Shown: positions 14,125-26,879 of the stretch, one piece after another
Position numbering within the stretch: position 1 is the stretch's first letter
Layout of the letters: the number at the start of each line of letters is the position of its first letter
NCBI RefSeq assembly: GCF_009914755.1
Contig: NC_060928.1
From: the human T2T-CHM13v2.0 reference genome, Homo sapiens
Length of the DNA: 64,000 bases
Reading direction: 5' to 3' (one strand)
The notes under the pieces: model-generated
The model's database searches: none
Told to the model about the DNA's origin: nothing
What the model saw: only the letters and a program-made list of their open reading frames with translations
Translations under genes and position numbers: made by a program

Positions 14125-15677
14125 AAAAATAGTCTTATTAGATTGTATACTTTAGAAAGTCAAGGGCAAGATTCTCAACTACCTCGTAAGATGTTAATAA
14201 GTCAAACAGTTAACAATGAATTTAGTGTGTAAGATTCACTCTTCCATAATATTTTTGACTACAGTGACATTCCACACTCTGTCAGCATGGGTAGAAAATT
14301 TCTATAATTTTGTAAAACTAGGTCAACATCATATAGTTACATTCTACATAATCCAGCCCATTCTGTCGATATCTTAACTCTAGCAGAAATGTGAATTCTA
14401 AAATACTGTGAAATCAAACACAAGTTTCTAAAATAGAAACAATGAGAAAATGTCCTATACCTCCAAATTAAATTCAGATGTGGAAAATCTGTGTTTGATA
14501 CAATAGATTTAAATAAAATATACTACAGATGAAATAAACAAGGATTTAGGTATGATAGTCATTTTAGTTGATTACATCATAGTCTGAATTTAGACAGTCT
14601 ATGATGTTTCCATGGAAACTGTTTTTGCTTAAATGTAGTTTTAGATATTCTTTAAGTACAAATTAAATTAATTGAAGGCAGAGATACAATGTTGGAAACA
14701 TTTAGGAGCCTAAAGAACAGTTTATTCTACTTACCTAGAAGAATTAAGAGGAGTAATGGCAAAGGAAAAAAATACATAAACTAGTTCCCTAAGATGAACA
14801 ATCAAACAGAATATTTTCAAACTAAACTGTACATACTTTGAAATTCATTTAGAATATGAACTCCAATACTAGCCAACCTAACTTCAACATGAAGTTTATA
14901 TTCCAGTGGAAATGGAATCATGAACTCTCTAATGCCTATTTCTAGTTTTTAAAGCTCAAGTGGAAAAATTAATCTTCCTTGAGATTACCTGGCAAATAGT
15001 AGTGACACAATAAGTATGTGCTGCCTAAATGAATACATGAATGAAATAAGCTTAGAATGCAGTAATGCTATCGTGACAATGTTGGGATGCAATGAGGCCC
15101 AATATATAACATTCTTTTTTTTTCTGAACCAGCTAAAAAACAAAAGAGAGAAAGGGAAATAGAAAACTTAATACAGATATTGCTGTTAATGCTAAACAAT
15201 CTGATAAGAGAAAATGAGACTTATCTGTAGCAAGCAGAATTTATGTTTGTGAACCTAGATTTTAACAGACACCAACCTAGACACAGGCAGCACTAAGTCA
15301 CCATAGACCTTCTTATATGAGATTCTGCTTTTGTCAGCCTTACACATAAAAAAGCAGAGCAGACTGCATGCTCTCTGTAAATAGGTTTGGACCCAAAGAG
15401 AAATACAAAAAAGAAATGACTGAGCTAGCATATTCAACTTATTCCTCCAAAATACAGCAATCACATAACCCACTCAGTCCCTCCAGAAAAAAAGCATGTT
15501 ATGATGGGGAGATAGGCCATGATTGTTATGTGAAAGGAATTGTTCACATGGCAAGAATCATTAGGATTGTGAAAAAAGTGTCCTCTCCATAGCAATTATG
15601 GGAAGACTTGTGTTATCTGATAATCAATTAAGCATATACTATCATGAAATTTAAGATGTTAAATCAGAACACTTTCC

Positions 15678-16625
15678 ATCATTCATTCATTTAACAAGCA
15701 TCTATTGAAACCTACTAGGTACAGAAATTCTTGTAGATGTTGGAGTTAAGAGGATGAAGAAAGTAGACATGGTTTACATCCTCATAACATTTATAACCTA
15801 CAAGGCAAACGTCAATTGAATAAACAATTTTAGTTCAAAATCATAAGAGAGTAGTCTGGATGTTCCTAGGTGAAATATTTAACCTTGTAAAACTGAAGAA
15901 TTCTACACAAATAACTTTGAAGCAGATGGCCAAAGCATTGGTAAGGATTAGCCAGACAAAGAAACTAAGAAAGTGTTTCTCAGATAAACAGGCAGTAAGC
16001 GAACAGGCCTAGAGCAAAGTGTGAGACTGGTGTAGTCAGTAAAACAAAATAATTTCAGGAAAGCTAAAATATACTGTGAGGGTGAGAGAGATCCTGTTAA
16101 AGAGCATGCAGTAAAGAGAAATGCCCAGGTTCACATCTTAGAAAAATCACTCTGGCTTCAGAGAGGAAAAAAACTTTACAAAATGAGGTTAGAGACATTA
16201 CTTGCAGTATTTAAGTTAAAATAATTGCAGTATTTAAAATGAAAGAAATTGGTAGCTTGAGGACTACACATAAAAATAAATAGAAAACTTGTATTTAAGA
16301 AATATTTCTCAGGTAGAAAAACCAAGATTTGGTTATTTGGGAGACATATCCAATATGAGGATGAAAGAAAGGAAGATAGTAAATTTCTGCTTTGAAGAGC
16401 TAAGTAGATGCCCGTGTCATTCAATAAAATAGGAACCCAGGCAAATGAGATGGCAAACTGACAAGGATATGTTGGTACAATTTTTATTCAGTTCTTTGTA
16501 GAATACCCAAATAGAAATGTCCAGTAGGCACTTGATTATATGGGCCTGAAGCTTAGGGAAATGAGTTCAATTGAAAATAGATATTGGAAACCAACAGCAT
16601 AGAAATGGTGCCTGAAGCTATAACC
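15678..16625 (-). mobile_element. L2 LINE 3' part
   Basis: attcattcatttaacaagcatctattga (antisense L2 tail) ...gaaatgtccagtaggcacttg. Confidence 0.75.
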
Positions 16626-18689
16626 ATTTTTAAGTGGATTAAACTTGGTGGTATGCAATTAGCAAACAGCGTTACTACTTGAGAATCACTTTCTTCACAC
16701 TAAGTCTGTAAGATTTATCTTCATTATTTACAACATCTAAAATTTTTGCTAGGAGCTGTGAACTTTGAATCACTTTCATTTATACAAGGAATTACATTTC
16801 TTGAAGTTGCAAGTATAAAATCTGCATATGTGGACTTTTTTCTATAACACCTTAAATATACTATATTATAGACGTGAACCCAACCCAAATAATATCTATA
16901 CTTCTGGTGCTACATTGAGAGTGAGAAAGAGAGATTATTGAATAACTATTGAGGTCTATCATAAAAGAATTCTGTCCCAGATGTTGGAAAAAGAAAGAAA
17001 AGGAATGATTTAGCATATTCTTTAAATAACTGTAGAAAGAAATCTTAAGATCTTCAGAGAAAAATAGCACCAATATCTTGGTTTGCTTGTGCATTTTCAA
17101 ATAACAATAACTTTGAAAAATATTACTTCATTGCAAAGAAAAAATTAATGAATAACTATCTAAAAATACCTTAAATGAGGTTCAGATGTTTAAATTTCAG
17201 GATGTTTTCATAGACATTAAATTTGGAGTTCTAGAAACTTATGTGAAATATTTATTAAAACAAGTATAAGCAAGCTTAAGAACACTAACAGGAAAAGAGA
17301 GAAAAAAAATGCATCATGTGAAATAGCTCCAGCTGTTAAAACACTTGTTCAATATTGATGGAATGTCCGTGGTGTATAAGGTGTTAAACTTAACACATCC
17401 ACAGCAGTTATTGATCCCCAGGACTTTCATTTTACTATGTATATAAACAAACAAGTGCAACATCTATGTAATTTGACTTTTAAAACCTAACATTTTATTT
17501 TTGCCTTATTTCCAACTCAATTTTGTTCTATAGACCAGCAATGCCTAAAGAACTGTAATCTTAATTTTGTCCATTATATTTTCTGATTTTGATTTTTTTT
17601 TCAGAATGCTGGCCACCATAACACTAAAAGTAGGCTGTGTCACATTTAGGAGGTCATATTTGAAAAAAAGAAGCCCCATCTCACCTCCCAACCCCCTCCT
17701 CTAGCTATAACTGAGACTATCAAATGTGGAATCCTAACCTATTCGAAAGTAGCTATTTCATAAGCCAAGAATCCATAACCTAGACACATACACTCACATA
17801 CACATGCAATAAATGAGCAGGTTCGGTTATACTGTCTACAGAAACAAAACTGCAAAATAGAAGGAGAATGAGGTAGTGAGAACTAAGGCTGAAAAATCTA
17901 TATATAAAGAGAAACCCCAAGTAGAGGCCATGAGGATCTTCAAAGTCAGGATTAGGATAAATCACAAAATTTATTTAGAAGCTGTGAGATAATGTTTTTG
18001 CCCTGCTTTTTGTTTTTAATATATGCAGATTAGAAGGAGCCTATTGGTAATAGGAGTAGAAGCAAACAGACACACTGAGAAAGACAGCATGGGGAGAGTT
18101 ATCGGAAGGATACCCAGTACTCTTACTACTAGGCTCCCAGTACTACAGTGGATCCGAACTTATCTTCTGGGTATCTAATTGTTCTGAGGTTCCTGTGACG
18201 TTTAATGTCTCTTGTCTAGGACCACATTGAATGTTTGTAAGGGCTGTCCTTTTGCAGAAGTGTCAGGACCAGGCTGGGAGACAGCAGTGATACACAGCCT
18301 ACATTTAGTGTTATGGTGGCGTGGACAAAGGAGCACCTTTCAGGATTCATGAATTTGGTCCACGTGCCTTCTAATTTGCACACTTATCACCCCAACTGAA
18401 ATGTCAGAATAAGCTTTTCTTCTGCTGATTGAATCTGTTTCACAAAGTCCAAAGAAACTAACATAGATAGCAAGTTACAAGAATAAAAAGTGGGATCTGG
18501 TTGTTCATCACTAAGATTACTGCAAGTGCTATTATCTACTATTTTATTTAAATTTTGTGTAATGTATTCAGGCCTTAGACCTTGTGATTTCACTCTGTTT
18601 TCATATACATGACTTAATCCTGTTTTGATCTGCTCATTCCAGGAAGCATGAGATTTCTAGATTTGTATTTTAAACTTACATTAATTGCA

Positions 18690-18995
18690 AGACTGTCATT
18701 CTCTGAATTATGAATGGTAGATACAAATATAATAATCTAATCACTACCTTAAATTGCATATAATCTAACAAAGAGACAAAAATAAATAATTATAATACAG
18801 TGGAGGTTATGACAGAGATAAACACACAGTATAATGGAAGCATATAAGATTGGTTTCAAGTCCAAATTTGGGGTTTAGGGATCAGAAAAAGCTTTCTGGA
18901 GAAGATAATATGTAAGTTGAGCTTCAAAGAAGAGGAGATAGCCAGGTAATAAAAAGGTCAGGAAGGCATTCTAGGCAAGAGAATAGCTGTGAAAA
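18690..18995 (-). mobile_element. L2 fragment
   Basis: gggatcagaaaaagctttctggagaag...agttgagcttcaaaga...ggcattctaggcaagagaa. Confidence 0.6.
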
Positions 18996-19140
18996 AGAAT
19001 CAATTATTGAGAGAAAGCAGAGCTTTACATCAGTGGTGATCAAGCATTTTACAATTTACAGGCCAATTGGGTGGAGTCCAAGACCTACAGCCCTTCTTTT
19101 TCTTTTTTCTTTTTCTTTTTAACTGTTTTGGTATTTTATT

Positions 19141-19270
19141 CTTTTTTTTTTTTTAACTGGTATTTTAGGTTCAGGGTTAGATGTGCAGGTTTGTTATACA
19201 GGTATACTTGTGACTTGGGAGTTTGGTGTACAGATTATTTTGTCACCTGGGTACTAAGCATAGTACTCAA
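19141..19270 (-). mobile_element. L1PA15/16 3' end (apparently transduced cargo)
   Basis: ttttaggttcagggt...gtttggtgtacagattattttgtcacctgggtactaagcatagtac. Confidence 0.85.
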
Positions 19271-19395
19271 TTTTTTTTTCTTTTTTCTTTTTATTATACT
19301 TTACGTTTTAGGGTACATGTGCACAATGTGCAGGTTAGTTACATATGTATACGTGTGCCATGTTGGTGTGCTGCACCCATTAACTCGTCATTTAC
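19271..19395 (-). mobile_element. Young L1PA (about PA2-PA4) extreme 3' end
   Basis: ttattatacttta...ttttagggtacatgtgcacaatgtgcaggttagttacatatgtatac...cccattaactcgtcattta. Confidence 0.95.
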
Positions 19396-19889
19396 AGCCC
19401 TTCTAAAACAACTATTTCCTCTCCTTAGGGAAAAAAGTGATTAAAAAATTTAAAAGATATGAAATAAATAAGTTTCAGTAAACTTTTAATGTTAACATGT
19501 ATTCTTTTTATTAATATGATAATATTACTGCATATATTTATATGTTTAAATAATAATCTACACATTTAAAATTAACTCTGTAAATCGTTATACTTATTTT
19601 AGCAATATAATGCCAGTTTTTTTAATTTTGCTTTTTTGTACAGGCAGTACATGCACATGATTGAAAAAAAAAGAAGAAAAAAAAATTAAGTTTTACTCCC
19701 TGTCTCCCAATATCCCCACAGAGGTTACATATATTTAGTTTCCTGTGTGTCCTTCCAAGGGTATTATATGCATTCACAAACAGATATATTTCCACACATA
19801 TATACAGTTGGTGAACTTTTCTTTCCCAAAATTAAAATATATTTTGGAGAGCTTTCCAGACTACTTTAATGAGTGTTATGCTTTTTTAA

Positions 19890-20330
19890 TTTACTATTTT
19901 TAACTTTTTACTTGAATTAATTTTAGACATGGAAAAGTTGTGAAACTACAAGAGTTTTCTTGTATCTCTCACCACATTTTCCACAATGTTAACATCTTAC
20001 ATAACTATACTGTAATTACGAAAAACAAGAAATAAAGATTGTTACATTATCAATTAAACCATAGATATTATTTCAATTTCAGCAAATTTTCCACTCATGT
20101 CTCTATTCCAGGATCTTATTCAGAATCCTACCTTGCACTGAATGGTTACTTCCCCTTCTGCCTTCCAGTCTGTAACAGCTCCTTAGTCTTTCCTTGTTTT
20201 TTATTCATTTCATATTTGAAGAATACTAATCAGTTATTTTGTAGAATTTCCCTCAATATGGCTTTGTCTAATGTTTTCTCACGCTTAGAATATTTCACAT
20301 TTCTTGCATGATTGGCACAAAATATGATGC
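19890..20330 (-). mobile_element. L1MC4/5-like 3' end fragment
   Basis: aatgttaacatcttacataactatac...ccaggatc...gaagaatactaatcagttattttgtagaat. Confidence 0.7.
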
Positions 20331-20334
20331 CTCT

Positions 20335-20945
20335 AGGGACACTTTAAGTAGTTCATTGCAGGGCTGAGACAGAGAAAATCCTAGGTAACACTGGAATATC
20401 TGGTGGTGTGGGAAAGTAAGAAAATGCTCAGAAGAAGATGGGAGCATTTTGAAAGAACACAGGAGCCAGTCGGACTTAATGACCTAAAGACCTAATGGTC
20501 TTAATGACCAATGCTGAATGGATATGAGCAGCAAATAATGATGGTATTGAATTTTAATCTATAAAATAAAATCATAAGTATATATTTACATAAATAATTG
20601 AGTAAGTAAATAAATGGGAAAAAGAATGGCTCTTGCAAGAAAATTCAACTTAATGAATTAAAAGGAGAAAATAAAAAATCAACATTAGGCGAACACCACA
20701 CAATTTTCTGTACCAAACTGTTGCAGACAACATCTACAAATTTGGCAAAAAATTGTGGACAAAATTTGTGGACAAAAGTTTGAGAAACAGAATTTACCTA
20801 TTCATAAAGTATCTCCTACTAGCAACTATTAATTACAAAAGAAAAAATAACTTTACAGTGAAGAAAGTTGACATGCGCTAACTTAATCATTTGATAATGA
20901 TAAACATCACATAATAAAAAGTGAGCTGCTTGATATGCATAGAGA
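20335..20945 (+). mobile_element. L1MC3/4-like 3' UTR fragment
   Basis: cattgcagggctgagacagagaaaat...gaaagtaagaaaatgctc...gaaagaacacaggagccag. Confidence 0.65.
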
Positions 20946-21693
20946 AGAACACGCTATTATAAATTAATTTTAATAAATAACTCATAAGGTTATAAATTTG
21001 AAAATATAGTTACTTTTTAAATTCAAATCTATACAGTGAAAGTCTCTCTATATATATATTAATGGCATTATATATACATTATTTCCAACATACGCAAGTA
21101 TATCTAGAATAGTTTTCCAAGTGAATTGCTAGATCAAAATATATAAGTACTGTTATGTTAATATTTATAACCAAGTTGCCTTAAATACAGGTTACACAAA
21201 TGTATATGCCAAGGTCTCAAAAGCAGAAAGTATTACTGAGCATTAGAACTTTTACTAATTTTATGGTTGATACATAATATTTCAGTATGGTTTTAATTTA
21301 TATGTCTTACCATATGTTTATGAGTCACTTGTACTCCCTTACCCATACATGTTTGTTCACATCTATTGTCCATTTTTTAATGCAGTAATTGGTCTTTTTT
21401 ATTTCTATCAATTTATGGGAGTTATTTATATATTAGGAAGATGAGACTTTTGTCTGCAATACGGCTTGCAGACATTGTATCACTTAGAAAATCATTTAAA
21501 TAGCGCATATTCACAGGCAGTGCATTCTGATGAAGAATTATTGTACAAATAAATTTAGAGCATATAAACTATGTATATACACTAGCTTTAGTAATAAAAT
21601 ATAAATATTTCACACATAAACTATAGTTTAAACTCTCTTAGAAATTGGTGTTTAAAAAACCATCGGCCATATAGATTTGTTCTACTGCACCTT

Positions 21694-22104
21694 TGATATA
21701 GTTTGGATGTTATGTCTAAATCTCATGTTAAATTGTAATTCCCAGTGTTGAAGGTGGGGCCTGGTGGGAGGTGACTGGATCACAGGGGCAGATTTCTCAT
21801 GAATACTTCAGACATGCCCTTTGTGCTGTCCTTGTGATAGTGAGTTCTTGTGAGATCTAGCTACGTAAGTATGTGGCATCTTCCCCCTCTCACTCTCTTG
21901 CTCCTGTTCTCACCATGTGAAGTGCCTCCTTCCACTTCACCTTCCACCATGAGTAAAAGCTCCCTGAAGCCTCCCCAGAAGCTGAGCCAATGCCAGTGCC
22001 ATGCTTGTACAGCCTGTAGAAAATGAGCCAATTAAACCTCTTTTCTTTGTAAATTACCCTGTCTCTGGTATTCCTTTATAGAAATGCAAAAATGGCCTAA
22101 GACA
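21694..22104 (+). mobile_element. MSTA solo LTR (MaLR)
   Basis: TGATATAGTTTGG start, ccaattaaacctcttttc poly(A) signal, CA end; 5-bp TSD acctt/accct. Confidence 0.92.
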
Positions 22105-22439
22105 ACCCTGTAGGTTAAATAAAATAATCCACAGGAATACTAAAACTTACAATAAAGACAATCCAAGTCAGAATCACAGCAGCTGGAAAACCACTACTAA
22201 CTCACAACAAAGACAACCCACTAATAGAACCTACTTCTCAAAATGTGGACCTTCTATCTGAATGTGCACATGAGTAGTGGTAACAAGACTTTGTAATAAA
22301 ACACTAAATTACAGTCTTTAGTAAACCCTAGAGTATATTAATTTTATTTCATAAATATCATATTTTAGTTCCCATAGAGGTCAAAGTAAATATTGTTTAA
22401 AATAGAATTTATGGTATTATATGTTATTTGAAAATAAGA

Positions 22440-23110
22440 AATGAAGAAAGAACTTGCGTGTTTAGAACAAGAACTAAAAAAAGAACCATCTCTTGCAGCT
22501 CATCACTGCACAGAGTTCAGGAATGGAGAATGGGGAAGAATGGAGACATGTGTCTGGGAGATATACAGGGCTCAGGACATGAAATGCTTTATGGTGATGC
22601 TAAAGAGTTTGGATTTCATCTTAGAGGCAAAGAGAGCCATTGATACATTTTAAGAAGAATGGAAATATGCTTAAGAGTTTTGGATTATAACTCCTTTTAT
22701 ACCTGCCTCAGTGCAAATAAAAAGAGTATGGAAGCATACTTGAAAATACAGAGATTGGTCAGAAGGCTCTAGTAGACTCAGGGAGAGATATAACAAGTGT
22801 CTGAACTAAGGCCATGTCAATGGTAGTAGAACATAGAAAAAAGAAGGTCATATGATAGAGGCAGAATTGAAAGGTATTCATCACAAACTAGATGGGGGAA
22901 AGTCAAAGATGACTTGAAGCATTGTGTAGTAGGTAACCAAAACCAAGATGGACTATACAAGATGAAGAGTATATTATGCAGTGTGACATTCAATTTGCCT
23001 TTGAGACAGCCAAGTGGATAATTCCAATGGATCTTTGCTGTGTCATTCAGGAGTCAGACCTGGGCTAGTAATTAGATGTTTATATCATCAATATGGAGGA
23101 TAAATTGATT
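22440..23110 (-). mobile_element. L2 fragment
   Basis: tgctaaagagtttggatttcatc...gagccattga...ctgaactaagg...gtcaaagatgac...ttgagacagccaagtgga. Confidence 0.65.
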
Positions 23111-23275
23111 CAACTAGACTTTCCAGAAACTTGACAGTGAAGACATGTTAGGAGATAGGGCAGCAATTCTGGGAGACCAGATATCAACTTAGTTTTGAGG
23201 AAAAGTGGAGAAGGGAAGATAAAATGAATATCAACTCACTCATAGCTCTCATGTCACCCCCTAAATGAAGGCTTC

Positions 23276-25564
23276 TGTATTAGTTTGTTTTCATGCCACT
23301 AATAAAGACATACCAAAGATTGGGAAGAAAAAGAGATTTAACTGGACTTACAGTTCCACATGGCTAGGGGGTCCTCAGAATCCTGGCAGGAGGTGAAAGG
23401 CATTTCTTACATGGTGGTGGCAAGAGAAAATGAGGAGGAAGCAAATGCAGAAACCCCTGATAAACCCATCAGATCTCAGGAGACTTATTCACTGCCATGA
23501 GAATAGCATAGGAAAGACCAGCCCCCATGATTCAATTACCTCCCCCTGGGTCCCTCCCACAACACATAGGAATTCTGGGAGATAAAATTCAAGTTGAGAG
23601 TTGGGTGGGGACAAAGAGCCAAACCATATCATTCTGCCCCTGGCCCATATAAATCTCATCTCACATTTCAAAACCAATCATGCCTCCCCAACAGTCCCAC
23701 AAAGTCTTAACTCATTTCAGCATTAACCCAAAAGTCCACAGTCCAAAGTCTCATCTGAGACAAGGCAAGTCACTTCCGCCTATGAGCCTGTAAAATCAAA
23801 AGCAAGCTAGTTACTTCCTAGTTACAGTGGGGGTACAGAAATTGGGTAAATACAGCTGTTCCATGTGGGAGAAATTGGCCAAAACCAAGGGGTTACAGGG
23901 CCCATGCAAGTCTGAAATCCAGTAAGGCAGTCAAATTTTAAAGCTCCTAAATGATCTCCTTTGACTCCAGGTCTCCCATCCAGGTCACACTGATCCAAAA
24001 GGTGGGTTCTCATGGTCTTGGGCAGCTCCACCCCTGTGGGTTTGCAGGGTACAGCCTCCCTCCTGGCTGCTCTAATGGGCTGGTGTTGATTGTCTGCAAC
24101 TTTTCCAGGCACACGGAGCAAGCTATCAGTGGATCTGGCATTCTGGGGTCTGGAGGATGGTGGCCCTTTTCTCACAGCTCCACTAGGTGGTGCCCCAGTC
24201 GGGACTCTGTGTGGGGGCTACGACCCCACATTTCCATTCCGCACTGCCCTAGCAGAGGTTCTCCATGAGGACCCCACCCTGCAGCAAACTTTTGCCTGGG
24301 CATCCAGGCATTTCCATACACCTTCTGCAATCTAAGTGGAGGTTCCCAAACCTCAATTCTTGACTTCTGTGCACCCGCAGGCTCAATGACACATGGAAGT
24401 TGCCAAGGCTTGGGGTTTCCACCCTCTGAAGCCACAGCCCAAGCTGTACGTTGGCCCCTTTCAACCACAGCTAGAGTGCCTGGGGGGACATAGGGTAAGT
24501 CCCTAGGCTGCACACAGCATGGGTATCCTGGACCCAGCCCACAAAACCATGTTTTCCTCCTAGGCCTCCAGGCCTATGATGGGAGGAGCTACCATAAAGG
24601 TCTCTGACATGGCCTAGAGACATTTTCCCCATTGTCTTGGGGATTAACATTAGGCTTCTTGCTACTTACGCAAATTTCTGCAGCTGGCTTGAATTTCTCC
24701 CCAGAAAATGGGTTTTTCTTTTCTATCATATGCTCAGGCTGCAAATTTCCCAAACTTTTATGTCCTGCTTCCCTTATAAAACTGAATGCCTTTAACAGCA
24801 CCAAAGTCACCTCTTGAATGCTTCGCTGCTTAGAAATGTTTTCCGTCAGATACTCTAAATCATCTCTCTCAAGTTCAAAGTTCCACAAATCTCTAGGGTA
24901 GGGGCAAAATGCCGCCAGTCTCTTTGCTAAAATGTAACAAGGGTCAACTTTGCTCCAGTTCTCAACAAGTTCCTCATCTCCACATGAGACCACCCCAGCC
25001 TGGATTTTATTGTCCATATCACTATCCCCATTTTGAGCAGAGCCATTCAACAAGTCTCTAGGAAGTTCCAAACTTTCCCACATTTCCCTGTCTTCTTCTG
25101 AGCACTTTGAACTGTTCCAGTCTCTGCCTGTTACTGATTTCCAAAGTCACTTCCACATTTTCTGGTATCTTTTCAGCAATGCCCCACTTTACTGGTAGCA
25201 ATTTACTGTATTAGTTCATTTTCATGCCACTGATAAAGACATACGCAAGACAGGCAGGGATTTTGCTTTTTACTTATAGTTCCACATGACTGGGGAGGCC
25301 TCAGAATCATGGAAGAAGGTGAAAGGCACGTCTTACATGGTGGTGGCAAGAGAAAAATAGGAGGAAACAAAAGCAGAAACCCCTGATAAACCCATCAGAT
25401 CTCATGAAACTTATTCAGTATCATGAGAATAGCATGGGAAAGACAGGCCCCCATGATTCAGTTACCTCCCCTTGGGTCCCTCCCACAACATGTGGAAATG
25501 TGGGAAGTCTGGGAGATAAAATTCAAGTTGAGATTTGGATGGGGGACACAGACAAACCATATCA
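23276..25564 (-). mobile_element. Full-length THE1A MaLR provirus: LTR 23276-23631, internal 23632-25206, LTR 25207-25564
   Basis: Two direct LTRs (tgtattag...aaaccatatca) around a 1575-bp THE1-int; minus-strand ORF 24589-25083 MWESLELPRDLLNG is the MaLR internal ORF remnant. Confidence 0.96.
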
Positions 25565-25805
25565 CATTCCCTGCCATCTTACCTGGAGAAGCTCCCAGAC
25601 ATTCTCCAATATTTCCTGTTTTGTTGTCATCAGTGGGACTTACCATTGTCTAAAATAACTTGTTTGCTTTTTTTTACTTGTTTATTGTCAGTGTCCCCTC
25701 ACTAGAATGTGTGCTCCCTAAATTCAGAGAACATTCTTATTCTTCACTCTATCCCCAGCTCCTATATAAAATATTTTTAACATAGTTGCCACTCAAATAT
25801 TTAAA
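25565..25805 (+). mobile_element. L2 3' end (host of the THE1A insertion)
   Basis: ttgtttattgtc...cactagaatgtgtgctcc...ttcactctatccccag...cactcaaatattt. Confidence 0.65.
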
Positions 25806-26879
25806 TATTTTTATACAAATTAATTTTCCTCTTTACTCATCAAAACTATTTGTCCTTATGCTCTCTCCTGCTATATTCATTGTATGTTATTACTCCTTTC
25901 ACAGAGTTTCTTAATGTAATTCTCTATTTTTGACTCTGCCTACAGAAGATAAAGTACTACAGGATCACAGCCGTATATTATTTATCTTTATATATTCCCA
26001 TTCTATTCCCACATTCTACCCAATACAAACATACAACATGCCACTCATAGCGAGTATACAACTTAGCATACAGATCAATAAACAGTTGAATTTTTTTTCT
26101 CTAGGCTTCTTCTCAGGTAGAGAAAAAAATTTTAATAGCACAAAAACAGAAAAAGAGACCTATTCTGCAACAGAAATGGGAATAGGTGGGGTTGACTGAA
26201 GCAGAAAGAGTTCCCAAGGAAGTACAAGATTCTCAAAGTACATAAATAAAATGAAGAGAGTTAATGAGGACTTTAGCTTTGGTTAATTTTAGCATATTTT
26301 ACTTTAATAAGCAAAAACTTTTTAAAGTTTTTAAAAGAAAAATATTAAGCGTATTTTAAAGCTGGAAAAATGAGGTAATAAAACATATATCCAAAATACA
26401 GCAATTATTATGCAGCTCCTAATAGAGTTTCTGCCTGACAAAATAACAAGTTAATCAAATCATTTTGGTTTCAGAGTGCAGATAACTCCACAGTATGAAC
26501 TGAAATCAGAAGTGCACTAGTTTGGCATCTGTGACCATTGGGGTCGCATTTGCCACTGCTAATTATTTTTGAAAGACAGAATGACCCAGCACATAACAGA
26601 ATTTGTCCTGTAGGTGCAACAACGAAGCCAAAATTTTAAGTCCTCGAGAATTTTTGGCAATTACCAATAGAGTGCAGTAGTTTTCATAAAAATGAAGTCC
26701 TACCTCTAAAACTACAAAAAAAAAAAAAAAAATCCTAAATTTCCAAAAACTTAGTGTTTTCCTTAAGTTGGCAATAACAAAAGAGATTTTAATTTGGCAC
26801 CTATGCTGGAGCAATGACATTTTATGGGAATAATACTTTCATTTACTCATTTTAAAAGTGTATGTACACTTTATGAATA

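Noticed and set aside
23822-25083. Cluster of 60-164 aa ORFs
   Set aside because: All lie inside THE1A-int and are decayed MaLR sequence
26460-26520. Acceptor-like ttttggtttcag followed by VQITPQYELKSEVH-stop as a terminal exon
   Set aside because: Peptide not recognised, weak pyrimidine tract and no supporting upstream exon
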